50,960 nt of DNA. Source: Bacillota bacterium. Its GTDB lineage: Bacteria > Bacillota > Sulfobacillia > JAMDAP01. Shown here one piece after another: positions 17,772-26,088 of the stretch. The notes below the pieces were generated by a model. The model made no database searches and had not been told where the DNA came from. It saw only the letters and a list, made by a program, of their open reading frames with translations. How positions within the stretch are numbered: position 1 is the stretch's first letter; every line of letters begins with the position of its first letter. A program made the position numbers and the translations under genes. The stretch covers positions 1 through 50,960 of the forward strand of contig JBLNCQ010000069.1 of NCBI GenBank assembly GCA_050260815.1. The letters are read 5' to 3'.

Positions 17772-19658
17772 ATGGAGCGCATACCGCTGTCGGAGCAGCT
17801 GAAACTGCTGCCGGAGAAGCCCGGCGTCTACATGATGAAGAACCAGGAAGGGAAGATCATCTACATTGGCAAGGCCCGGTCCCTCAAGAACCGGGTGCGG
17901 CAGTACTTCCAGTCGTCGCGCAGCCTGACGGCCAAGGTGCTGTCCATGGTCTCGCAAATTGCGGACATCGAGCTGATGACCACCGACACGGAAGTCGAGG
18001 CGCTCATCCTTGAGTCCAACCTTATCAAGAAGCACAAGCCGAAATACAACATCCGCCTGCGGGATGACAAGAACTACCCCTACCTCAAACTGACGGTGCA
18101 GGACAGGTGGCCGCGCCTGATGGTGGCGCGTCAGGTGAAGAAGGACGGAGCCAGGTACTTTGGCCCCTACACCACCACCACCGCGATGTGGGATACCCTC
18201 AGACTGTCGCGGCGCCTGTTCCCGCTGCGCACCTGCAACCGGGTGGAGGCCCACACTCGGCCCTGCCTTCAGTACCACATCGGCAGGTGCCTGGGCCCCT
18301 GCATCAAGGACTTTGGCGGCCGTGCCGAATACGACCAGGCCGTCCGCGACCTCACTCTCTTCCTAGAAGGCAAGTCTGACGACCTGGTGCGCCGACTGCG
18401 CCGGCGAATGGAGGAGGCGGCCGAGCAGCTTCAGTTTGAGCGCGCGGCAGAGCTGCGGGACCAGCTCAAGGCCGTGGAGTTTGTGACTCAGCAGCAGAAG
18501 ATTGCTTCGGTTACGCTGGAGGACCAGGACGCCGTGGGCTTTGCCCAGAACGAAAGCGACGCCTGCGTGCAGGTCTTCTTTATCCGCGGCGGCAAGCTGA
18601 TGGGCCGGGAGCACTTCATCCTGCCCGGCGCCGGCGACCTGACCGGACCCGAGATCATGGACGCCTTCCTGCCGCAGTTCTACCACGAAGCCACGTTCCT
18701 GCCGCGCGAAATCCTGGTCCAGGAGATGCCGGAAGACCGGGCGGTCATTGAGGAGTTTTTGCGGCAACGGCGCGGCGGCCCGGTGCACCTGCACCGGCCG
18801 CAGCGGGGCGAGAAGAAGGACCTGCTCCACATGCTGGCGGACAATGCCCGCCTGGTGCTGGAGGAGCGGCGCGCCCAGCAGGACCGGGACCTGGAGGCGA
18901 CGGCCCAGGGACTGGCCGACCTGCAGGAGTCGTTGGACCTGCCCCACCCGCCGGTACGCATGGAGTGCTTTGACATCAGCCACACGCAGGGCAGCGAGGT
19001 CGTGGCCTCCATGGTGGTCTTCGAGGGCGGCCGCCCCAAGAAGTCCGATTACCGCCGCTTCAAGATCCAGCATGGCATGGGCAACAACGACTTCCTCTCC
19101 ATGGCCGAGGTCATCCGCCGCCGGTTCCGGAAGGGCCTGGACGAGCGGGCGGCCCTGGCGGACGCCGGCCTCCTAAGATCGTCTGAAGCCAAGAACGAAG
19201 CCAAATTCGCCGACTTCCCCGACCTGCTGATCATCGACGGCGGCAAGGGCCAGCTCAACGCCGCCAGGGAGGTCCTGCGCGCGCTGGGGCTTGAACATAT
19301 CCCCACCTTCGGTCTGGCCAAGGAAAATGAAGAGCTGTACCGTGAGGGGCAGCCCGACCCCATCATCCTCCCGCGCGGTTCCCACGCCCTGCACCTGCTG
19401 CAGCGCCTGCGGGATGAGGCCCACCGCTTTGCCATCACCTACCACCGCAAGCTGCACGCCCGCGCCGCCACGCACTCGGCGCTGGACGACATTCCCGGCG
19501 TCGGCCCGGTCAGGCGCAAGGCCCTTCTGCGTCACTTCGGCTCCGTAGCCGCCATCCGGCGGGCCACCCCGGAGGAGATTGCCCAGGTGGAGGGCATAGG
19601 GCCGGATCTGGCCGACGTGATCAAGGACCACGTGGGGGGTGGACGCCATTCCACCTGA
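17772..19658 (+). CDS. uvrC: Excinuclease ABC subunit C
   Basis: GIY-YIG (PGVY..IIYIGKARSLKNRVRQYF), UVR domain, ECFDISH, IDGGKGQ, RDEAHRFAI, HhH (IPGVGP, VEGIGP). Confidence 0.98.
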   Translation: MERIPLSEQLKLLPEKPGVYMMKNQEGKIIYIGKARSLKNRVRQYFQSSRSLTAKVLSMVSQIADIELMTTDTEVEALILESNLIKKHKPKYNIRLRDDKNYPYLKLTVQDRWPRLMVARQVKKDGARYFGPYTTTTAMWDTLRLSRRLFPLRTCNRVEAHTRPCLQYHIGRCLGPCIKDFGGRAEYDQAVRDLTLFLEGKSDDLVRRLRRRMEEAAEQLQFERAAELRDQLKAVEFVTQQQKIASVTLEDQDAVGFAQNESDACVQVFFIRGGKLMGREHFILPGAGDLTGPEIMDAFLPQFYHEATFLPREILVQEMPEDRAVIEEFLRQRRGGPVHLHRPQRGEKKDLLHMLADNARLVLEERRAQQDRDLEATAQGLADLQESLDLPHPPVRMECFDISHTQGSEVVASMVVFEGGRPKKSDYRRFKIQHGMGNNDFLSMAEVIRRRFRKGLDERAALADAGLLRSSEAKNEAKFADFPDLLIIDGGKGQLNAAREVLRALGLEHIPTFGLAKENEELYREGQPDPIILPRGSHALHLLQRLRDEAHRFAITYHRKLHARAATHSALDDIPGVGPVRRKALLRHFGSVAAIRRATPEEIAQVEGIGPDLADVIKDHVGGGRHST

Positions 19659-20628
19659 TGATCCAACGGACCCGTGGGCGGAAGAAGACAGGCAGCCCCC
19701 GGAACCGCCATGGCCGGACCCTCCGCCTGAGCCCGACCGCTGGCGCCCCTGGGTCACCTACACCCTGGTGGGCATTGATACCGCCGTCCTCCTGCTGATG
19801 ACCCTGGCCGGCGGCGCCACGGATACCTCCGTGCTCATGCGCTTTGGGGCGCAGACCTCCGCCGCCGTCTGGAGCGGAGACTGGTGGCGCCTGTTCACAC
19901 CGCTCTTTCTGCACGCCGGCCTGACGCACCTGGCCTTCAACATGTGGGCTCTGTACAGCCTGGGGCCTGTCGTCGAGCGGTTCTTCGGCCGCCTGCGCTT
20001 CCTGGGCATCTACCTGACGGCCGGCCTGGCGGGAAATGTGCTCTTTCTCCTGGCGGGCGATCCGTTTGTCCCGTCCGTGGGGGCTTCGGGCGCCATTTTT
20101 GGGCTCTTCGGCGCTCTGGTGGTCTTCGGGTTGGCGCACCGCCGGCACCTGCGCCCGTCGTTCTGGCGGTCCGTGCTGGTGCCTATCGCCATCAACCTGG
20201 CTTACGGCCTGGTGGCCCCGGGCATCAATAACTGGGCCCACCTGGGCGGTCTGGCGGGCGGCATGGCGGCGGCCGCGGTCATTGGCCTGCCGGCCCGCCG
20301 TCCGCTTCTTCCCCGCTGGATGGGTGCCGTCCTGGCCGCGCTGCTGGTGGCGGGCGCCATTCAGGGGACCCGGCCGCCGGGATGGTACGTGGCCTTTAAC
20401 AGCGGAATCGATCTGGCCAACGCCGACCGCTGGCAGGAGGCCGTGCCGGCTTTCGAAGCGGCCGTGGCCGGCCGGCCGGACTGGGCAGTCGCCCACTATG
20501 ACCTTGGCCTGGCCTATGCCCATTCCGGCCGCCCCGCCGACGCGGTGGCGGCGTTTCAGCGGGCGCTTTCGCTGGACCCCGCGTTTACCCCCGCCCGCGA
20601 CAGACTGAAGGAGGTACTAGGCCCATGA
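19639..20628 (+). CDS. Rhomboid intramembrane protease with C-terminal TPR (GluP-like)
   Basis: WWRLFTPLFLH, HLAFNM, VGASGAIFG (Ser), AHLGGL (His), TPR-like AHYDLGLAY. Confidence 0.9.
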   Translation: MDAIPPDDPTDPWAEEDRQPPEPPWPDPPPEPDRWRPWVTYTLVGIDTAVLLLMTLAGGATDTSVLMRFGAQTSAAVWSGDWWRLFTPLFLHAGLTHLAFNMWALYSLGPVVERFFGRLRFLGIYLTAGLAGNVLFLLAGDPFVPSVGASGAIFGLFGALVVFGLAHRRHLRPSFWRSVLVPIAINLAYGLVAPGINNWAHLGGLAGGMAAAAVIGLPARRPLLPRWMGAVLAALLVAGAIQGTRPPGWYVAFNSGIDLANADRWQEAVPAFEAAVAGRPDWAVAHYDLGLAYAHSGRPADAVAAFQRALSLDPAFTPARDRLKEVLGP

Positions 20629-21302
20629 GCCTGCGGCAGATAACCCTGATGACGGCCCGCTATGCTTACATGATCGCCGGCTTCTTTGTACTGGCGGCGG
20701 GCGTCCAGACCACCGTTCAGGCTGGGCTGGGCGTCAGCCCCTGGGACGTCTTCCACCTGGGCGTGGCAGGCCGCACGGGCCTGACCCTGGGTCAGGTCTC
20801 GGAACTGATCGGTCTGATCATTGTGGCGGTAACCTGGCCTCTGGGGGTTCGCCCCCGCCTGGCCACCATTCTGAACATGGTCCTGATTGGCGTCTTCATC
20901 GACTGGATCGCCCGCCTGGGCATCGCGCCGCAGCCTCAGTCGTTCCTGGCGGCCCTGGTGCAGGTGACCGCCGGCTACCTGCTTCTGGGCGCCGGCACCG
21001 GCTTCTACCTGTCCGCCGGCCTTGGCGCCGGCCCTCGAGATTCGCTGATGCTGGTGCTGACGCGGCGCACCCACCGCACTGTGGCCCTGGTGCGCACGAT
21101 CATGGAGGGGTCGGTCCTCGGCGTGGGATGGCTACTGGGCGGACCGGTGGGCTGGGGCACCGTCATCGGCGTCCTGCTGGTGGGGCCCGCCACCCACGGC
21201 GCCCTTGAGGCCTTCGGCTGGCTCAGCCGCCTTCCGGGCCTGCGGCTGGTGATTCGCACCGGCTACGCGGTGGCGCGGCCGGCGGGTGAGGACGCAGGCT
21301 GA
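20625..21302 (+). CDS. YczE/YyaS/YitT family membrane protein
   Basis: AGLGVSPWDVFHLG, AGLGAGPRDSLM, LGGPVGWGT; ATGA overlap with the rhomboid gene. Confidence 0.88.
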   Translation: MSLRQITLMTARYAYMIAGFFVLAAGVQTTVQAGLGVSPWDVFHLGVAGRTGLTLGQVSELIGLIIVAVTWPLGVRPRLATILNMVLIGVFIDWIARLGIAPQPQSFLAALVQVTAGYLLLGAGTGFYLSAGLGAGPRDSLMLVLTRRTHRTVALVRTIMEGSVLGVGWLLGGPVGWGTVIGVLLVGPATHGALEAFGWLSRLPGLRLVIRTGYAVARPAGEDAG

Positions 21303-21330
21303 TTCCGCGACCTGTTACGACGACAGAAAG

Positions 21331-21360
21331 AAAGCGGGCGCCCGGTGGGCGTCCGCTTTT
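21331..21360. terminator. Bidirectional terminator
   Basis: AAAGCGGGCGCCC-ggt-GGGCGTCCGCTTTT between convergent genes. Confidence 0.7.
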
Positions 21361-21390
21361 GGCATGCGGCGGGGGGAGGCGGGGGCTGAT

Positions 21391-21951
21391 TCACAGGACC
21401 AGTTCCAGGCCCTGCTGGACGCACAAGCGGCGAACCTGTTCGCGAGCGCGCACCGCGTTGAGAGCCGAACCCCTGACAATCAGGCCCGACCGGTTCCGGT
21501 TCTGGACCACCCGCATGAGGACGAGGGACGGCTCCACGCGGGCTCCTTCGCACAGGGCGGAGACGGCACGCCGGTAGGCCTTCATGGGCAGCACGTGAAA
21601 GACCACACGCCGATCCTGGCACCAGTGCTGTGCAATGATCCAGCACAGGCTCTCCGGATCTTCCGTGGCGAACAGCGAACGCGGGCGGTCGTCTGCGGAC
21701 GGTGTGACCTCGGCAATAACGCCCACCACTTCTTCGTTCAGGGTGAAGAGCAGGCTGGACATCACACGCGGCAGAAGGTTCCCCGGCCCGGCTCCGGGGG
21801 TCAGTTCCAGGGCAACGCTGAACGCCGCGCGCCCCGCCGCGGTGCGGCGGTCCGTGGGCACCAGGGTCTTGAGGAACAGGCGCCCAACATGGCCGCATGC
21901 CGGCGCAGCGGCGGGCGAGGATGACAGCACAACCTGCGCGGGGTCCACCAC
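21391..21951 (-). CDS. Hypothetical protein
   Basis: Strong SD GAGGGAGGTG then GTG; TATAAT upstream on the minus strand; ends at the bidirectional terminator. Confidence 0.7.
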   Translation of the reverse strand: MVDPAQVVLSSSPAAAPACGHVGRLFLKTLVPTDRRTAAGRAAFSVALELTPGAGPGNLLPRVMSSLLFTLNEEVVGVIAEVTPSADDRPRSLFATEDPESLCWIIAQHWCQDRRVVFHVLPMKAYRRAVSALCEGARVEPSLVLMRVVQNRNRSGLIVRGSALNAVRAREQVRRLCVQQGLELVL

Positions 21952-22060
21952 GGGGCACCTCCCTCACCAATCGGCGTCCTTCTTCATTATAAGGGGACAG
22001 CCATGTCGATTGGGCACGTTCCCTGTCTCTGGAAAATCCGGCAGGCCCTGATTCACGAGA

Positions 22061-22183
22061 TGAACGATTTCAAGTCGGAACTCAAAAAGATTAATGATCA
22101 CCTTGACAAACTGGTTGGGCGGGTACATAGTGGAAGTCGCGAAGGAACCTCAATATATTTAAGCTCCGAATTAAACAATTTAA
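22061..22183 (+). promoter_or_regulatory. SigA promoter flanked by two pairs of operator-like 13-bp motifs
   Basis: TTGACA(22103)-N17-CATAGT; motifs TGAACGATTTCAA (22061), TCAAAAAGATTAA (22082), TCAATATATTTAA (22150), TTAAACAATTTAA (22171). Confidence 0.6.
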
Positions 22184-22223
22184 TGGACTGGCCGATTCGA
22201 CGGCAGCCGAGGAGGAGTGCAGT

Positions 22224-22397
22224 GTGGTCTTGATGGTCGGCAACTATCAGATCCGTGTTCAGGTTCTGCGCGCATCGCAGGACAGTCCGGCAGAGGGCAA
22301 GGTCAGGCGCCTGACCGCGGAGCGCCAGGTCCAGTTGACCCGGGAAGCGGTGCTCAACCGCTACCGGGAGCTGTCAGGCCAGACTCGCATGTACTAG
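22224..22397 (+). CDS. Small (57 aa) protein heading the DUF2089 operon, loosely YrzI-like (not in ORF track)
   Basis: SD GAGGAGG with 8-nt spacer to GTG; MVLMVGNYQIRVQVLRASQDSPAEGKVRRLTAERQVQLTREAVLNRYRELSGQTRMY. Confidence 0.6.
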   Translation: MVLMVGNYQIRVQVLRASQDSPAEGKVRRLTAERQVQLTREAVLNRYRELSGQTRMY

Positions 22398-22439
22398 AAT
22401 TCGCGGCCCACGCCCAACCGCTTGGAGGAGGCTGATCGT

Positions 22440-22820
22440 ATGGATCGTCATCGCCTGCCCGGCAGGTGTCCCGTGTGTGAGAGCGCCATGGACGTGGTGC
22501 GGCTGCAGTGTCCCGAGTGCGGCACCGCCGTGGAGGGGCGCTTTCAACTCTGCAAGTTCTGCAGCCTGACCCGGGAGCAGCAGCAGTTCATCGAGGTGTT
22601 CATCAAGTGCCGCGGCAACATCCGCGAAGTGGAGCGCGAACTGGGCATCTCGTACCCCACCGTTCGCGGGCGGCTGGACCAGGTCATCGAGGCACTGGGT
22701 TACAAGGTGGAGAGCGTCGCCGAAGAGGAGCGGGGGGCCCGGCGCAAGGAGATTCTCGACTCCCTCAGCCGCGGCGAGATCTCCGCGGATGAGGCCGTCA
22801 AACTGCTGAAACAGGCGTAA
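22440..22820 (+). CDS. DUF2089 family Zn-ribbon-HTH putative regulator with C-terminal SHOCT-like helix
   Basis: CPVC..CPEC, F-x-KCRGNIREVERELGISYPTVRGRLD, LSRGEISADEAVKLL. Confidence 0.9.
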   Translation: MDRHRLPGRCPVCESAMDVVRLQCPECGTAVEGRFQLCKFCSLTREQQQFIEVFIKCRGNIREVERELGISYPTVRGRLDQVIEALGYKVESVAEEERGARRKEILDSLSRGEISADEAVKLLKQA

Positions 22821-22835
22821 CGGGGGTTGAGACGG

Positions 22836-24038
22836 ATGGAAGAGGAACGCAAGCTGATCCTGACCATGGTCGCGGAAGGAAAGATCACACCGGAAGAGGC
22901 CGATGCCCTTCTGACTGCACTGGAAGAAGAGGAGGCCGCAGAAGACCTGCGTGCGTCGCAGGCGGCCCAGGGCACACCCGGACCTTCCGGCGCGCCCAGC
23001 CCGCCGCCGCAGGAGGAGCCGCGCTCCTACCTGCAGGAGATTCTGGGCTCGGACCTGAGCACATTGGGGAGCACCCTGGAGAGCGTCATGGAGCGCGTGC
23101 GCGATGAGCTGAAGCAGGTTCCCGATCAGCTCTCGCGCCTGGGCCTGGACAAGAGGGCCTGGGTCTGGGGATGGACGTCCCACCCATTCGTGGTGGAGTT
23201 CCACAGCCGGCAGCAGTGGACCGCCGGGCCCGTTCACGTGGTCAACGCGAAAGGTGACGTCCACGTGGAGACGTGGGATCAGGCGGCCGTGGACGTTGGG
23301 GCCGACCTGGTGGCCGGCGGCGACCTCACCGACGAGGTACGCCGGGCGCTGGCGGAGGAGGGCGTGACTCTGGAGCATCGAGGCGATGCACTGTACGTTC
23401 GTGCCCTGGACGCTCTGCGGCGCAAGTACCCCGGCGTCCGCCTGGGCAGCGCCACCATGCGGCTGAAGGTCCCACGCGGCTGCAGCCTGGATATTTCCGC
23501 CATCCGCGGCGACGTGGACGTCTCGGGAGATCCGGGCGAAGTTCGCGCCGAAGCGGTGCACGGGGATCTGAACATCCGCGGCGGCGCCGGCCGGCTGCGC
23601 GCCTCCACTCGCAACGGCGACATTGACGTGGAGCGCTTCCGGGGCGAGGAGGCGGAGATTGACTCCACCAACGGCGACATCACGCTCAAGGTAGCGGCCG
23701 GCGCGGTGAAGGCCTCGGCGGTTCGGGGCGACGTTAACGTGGACGTGGACCAGGCCCGTCAGGTGCGGGTGGATACGGTGAGCGGCGACGTGTCGGCCTC
23801 GGTGCGCCTGGCCCCCGCCGCCACCTGCGAGGTCCATACGGTCCGCGGCGATGTGGACCTGCGCCTGCAGCCGAGCGGCGGCCTCCAGGTAGCGCTCGAG
23901 ACCACGTCGGGCGACCTCAGTTGCCAGCTTCCCCTGGACCAGGTCCAGAAGGGGCGCGGCAGCCTGAAGGGCTCCCGCGGCGACGGCGCGTCACTGATTC
24001 ATGTCAGCAGCATGCACGGTGACCTGACCGTCCGCTAG
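22836..24038 (+). CDS. DUF4097 beta-strand repeat protein with N-terminal SHOCT-like domain (YvlB/LiaX-like)
   Basis: MEEERKLILTMVAEGKITPEEADALL; repeated S/T-x-x-GD(I/V) units. Confidence 0.88.
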   Translation: MEEERKLILTMVAEGKITPEEADALLTALEEEEAAEDLRASQAAQGTPGPSGAPSPPPQEEPRSYLQEILGSDLSTLGSTLESVMERVRDELKQVPDQLSRLGLDKRAWVWGWTSHPFVVEFHSRQQWTAGPVHVVNAKGDVHVETWDQAAVDVGADLVAGGDLTDEVRRALAEEGVTLEHRGDALYVRALDALRRKYPGVRLGSATMRLKVPRGCSLDISAIRGDVDVSGDPGEVRAEAVHGDLNIRGGAGRLRASTRNGDIDVERFRGEEAEIDSTNGDITLKVAAGAVKASAVRGDVNVDVDQARQVRVDTVSGDVSASVRLAPAATCEVHTVRGDVDLRLQPSGGLQVALETTSGDLSCQLPLDQVQKGRGSLKGSRGDGASLIHVSSMHGDLTVR

Positions 24039-24088
24039 AGAGCCGGAGAGCTCCGGAGACTCCGGAGAACACGAGAGGATGTGGCCCA

Positions 24089-24416
24089 TTGGGTACCTAT
24101 GTCCGCCTTCTGCACAACAGGCCGTTCGTCCTGCTGTGGCTGGGGCAAGTTGTTTCGCGGCTGGGCGACGTCCTCTCCTACGCCGGCATGCTGTGGCTGG
24201 TCAAGGAGCTGACCCGGAGCAACAGCCAGTCCCCCTGGCCTGGGGCTGTCGGGCGTGCTGGCAGACTGGCTTTCGGTACCGGCCGTCTACATGGCCGCCG
24301 GCGTGGTCACCATGATCACGGGCCTCCTGCTCATTCGGCCGGCCCGCCGCATGATGGCCAAGATGCCGTCGCCGGAGGGCGTGCCGCAGGCGCAACTGTC
24401 CACGGACCTTGCCTGA
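24089..24416 (+). pseudogene. MFS transporter remnant with large internal deletion
   Basis: N-terminus LLHNRPFVLLWLGQVVSRLGD..LWLVKELT joined out of frame near 24222 to C-terminus GLSGVLADWLSVPAVYMAAGVVTMITGLLL..DLA*. Confidence 0.8.
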
Positions 24417-24434
24417 AGCGGAAAGGAAGGTATT

Positions 24435-24797
24435 ATGATGAATGAAGAGCGGATGCAAATCCTGAAGATGCTGGAGAGCGGCAAGATCAAGGCGGACGAG
24501 GCCGCCCGCCTGCTGGAGACCATGGAGCCTCCGGCCGCATCGGCTGAGCCTGCGCCCAGGGCCCGCTGGATTCGCGTCAAGGTGACGGAGGGCGGGCGCT
24601 CCGCGGTCAACGTCCGCGTGCCGGCAGCGCTGCTCAGCGTGGTCAACCGCTTTCTGCCCGAGGATGTCAGGGATGCGCAGGGCAACCGCATTGACCTGCA
24701 GGCCCTGGTGCAGGCCGCCCGCGAGGCCGGTGACGGCCGCCTGGTGGAGGTCCTGGACGAGGGCCGCGGCGAGCGGATTGAGATTACCCTGGAGTGA
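24435..24797 (+). CDS. SHOCT-like domain protein (DUF2089-associated)
   Basis: MNEERMQILKMLESGKIKADEAARLL..ARWIRVKVTE..VNVRVP..ERIEITLE. Confidence 0.85.
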   Translation: MMNEERMQILKMLESGKIKADEAARLLETMEPPAASAEPAPRARWIRVKVTEGGRSAVNVRVPAALLSVVNRFLPEDVRDAQGNRIDLQALVQAAREAGDGRLVEVLDEGRGERIEITLE

Positions 24798-24860
24798 CCC
24801 ACTGCCGGCCGAAGCCGGCGTACTACGGCCCCATACGCAGCAAGTGAAGGAGGCGCGTGC

Positions 24861-25202
24861 ATGACCCGGCTGGTCATTCGGTGGTTCGTCAGCGCGCTGG
24901 GCCTTTTCCTGACGGCCATGATCGTCCCGGGTATCCGCGTGGACAGCTTCGGCGCGGCGCTGGTTGCAGCCCTGGTCATCGGCATTCTCAACGCGCTGGT
25001 TCGTCCCGTCCTGATCATCCTCACCCTGCCGGTGACGATTCTCACCCTGGGCCTGTTTCTCCTGGTCATCAACGGCATTACCCTGATGCTGGCGGCCGGC
25101 CTGGTGTCCGGCTTCCACGTCAGCGGCTGGCTGGCAGCCACCATGGGCGCGGTGGTGATGACCATCATCAGCGGCGTGGGCAACCGGCTGCTCAAGGATT
25201 AA
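24861..25202 (+). CDS. YvlD / 4-TMS phage holin-like membrane protein
   Basis: AALVIGILNALVRPVLIILTLP.TILTLGLFLLVING; SD AAGGAGG. Confidence 0.9.
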   Translation: MTRLVIRWFVSALGLFLTAMIVPGIRVDSFGAALVAALVIGILNALVRPVLIILTLPVTILTLGLFLLVINGITLMLAAGLVSGFHVSGWLAATMGAVVMTIISGVGNRLLKD

Positions 25203-25229
25203 TCGGCCAACCGAAGGGGATGGCCGGCC

Positions 25230-25456
25230 CTCCCGGGGCACTCCACTGGTGCAGTCGGCGCAGGAGTTGGGGGTGCGTCGTGACGAAGTTATAGCGGTGG
25301 GCGACAGCCAGGGCGACCTGGACATGCTAGAGTTTGCCGGGGTGAGCGGCGTTATCGCCGGCGCGCCCAGGGCGGCACAGCAAGGATCCACGGTCGGGCC
25401 CCAGCCTTGGCGTCGCCGAGGCGATTCAGAGGTTTGTGCTGGGAGGCGCATCATGA
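25230..25456 (+). pseudogene. C-terminal remnant of a Cof-type HAD hydrolase
   Basis: ELGVRRDEVIAVGDSQGDLDMLEFAG (HAD motif IV) and, in another frame, GVAEAIQRFVLGGAS*, whose TGA overlaps the HPr ATG; no motif I or valid start. Confidence 0.7.
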
Positions 25457-25719
25457 TTACCCTGTCCCTGCAGGTCAACAACAAGAGTGGGCTGCACGCC
25501 CGCCCCGCAGCCCTTTTCGTCCAAACGGCCAAGACCTTCCAGAGCTCGGTGAAGGTGAAGAAGGACGCCAAGCAGGTGGACGGCAAGAGCCTGCTGTCAT
25601 TAATGACGCTGGGAGCCGGTCCCGGCAGCCAGGTTGAGGTTACCGTGGACGGGCCGGATGAGGCGGACGCCGCCAAGGCCATCCAGGACCTGGCCAACGA
25701 CAACTTTGGCGAGCACTGA
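25453..25719 (+). CDS. ptsH: HPr phosphocarrier protein
   Basis: GLHARPAA (His15) and DGKSLLSLMTLG (Ser46); SD GGGAGG then ATG at 25453. Confidence 0.9.
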   Translation: MITLSLQVNNKSGLHARPAALFVQTAKTFQSSVKVKKDAKQVDGKSLLSLMTLGAGPGSQVEVTVDGPDEADAAKAIQDLANDNFGEH

Positions 25720-25731
25720 GGTCGGGCACTC

Positions 25732-26019
25732 ATGCAGTTGCAGATAACCCCCGCCGCCCTGGCGTTTCTGAATGAGCACGGCTCCGGCGGGGACCGGGCC
25801 CTGACGGTGACGGCCCAGTTTGTCACCTCCTGCTGCGGTCCCAACCTTCCCCCCGCGGTGGCCGTGGGCCGGCCCTCGGACCCGGAGGGCTTCCGCCTGG
25901 TTCAGGTCGGCGGAGTCGACGTCTATGTGGATGGGCTCCTGGAGCCCGCGCCGGAATCCCTGGTGCTGGACCTGGCCCGGTACGAAAGGTACAGCGAGCT
26001 CATCGCCCGTGTCTCCTGA
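25732..26019 (+). CDS. CC/Se-motif family (HesB-like) small protein, Cys-Cys form
   Basis: ITPAALAFL..SCCG..P.V..G.P....F.....GVDVYVD. Confidence 0.7.
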   Translation: MQLQITPAALAFLNEHGSGGDRALTVTAQFVTSCCGPNLPPAVAVGRPSDPEGFRLVQVGGVDVYVDGLLEPAPESLVLDLARYERYSELIARVS

Positions 26020-26088
26020 CGCGGGATGCGGCCGTGCCCCCGGGCACGGCCGCGCTGGTGTACGGCAGACCTGAAGGAGTGAGTCCCC

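Noticed and set aside
22003-22233. 76-aa ORF across the AT-rich island
   Set aside because: It coincides with promoter and operator motifs and has atypical codon usage
24040-24070. Short CCGGAGA tandem repeats
   Set aside because: Only three copies; probably slippage with no evident function
24861-25202. Prophage suggested by the holin-like gene
   Set aside because: YvlD-type proteins are chromosomal envelope-stress members; no phage genes nearby
25249-25452. HAD-HPr fusion protein
   Set aside because: HPr has its own SD and ATG at 25453; the upstream part is a frameshifted relic
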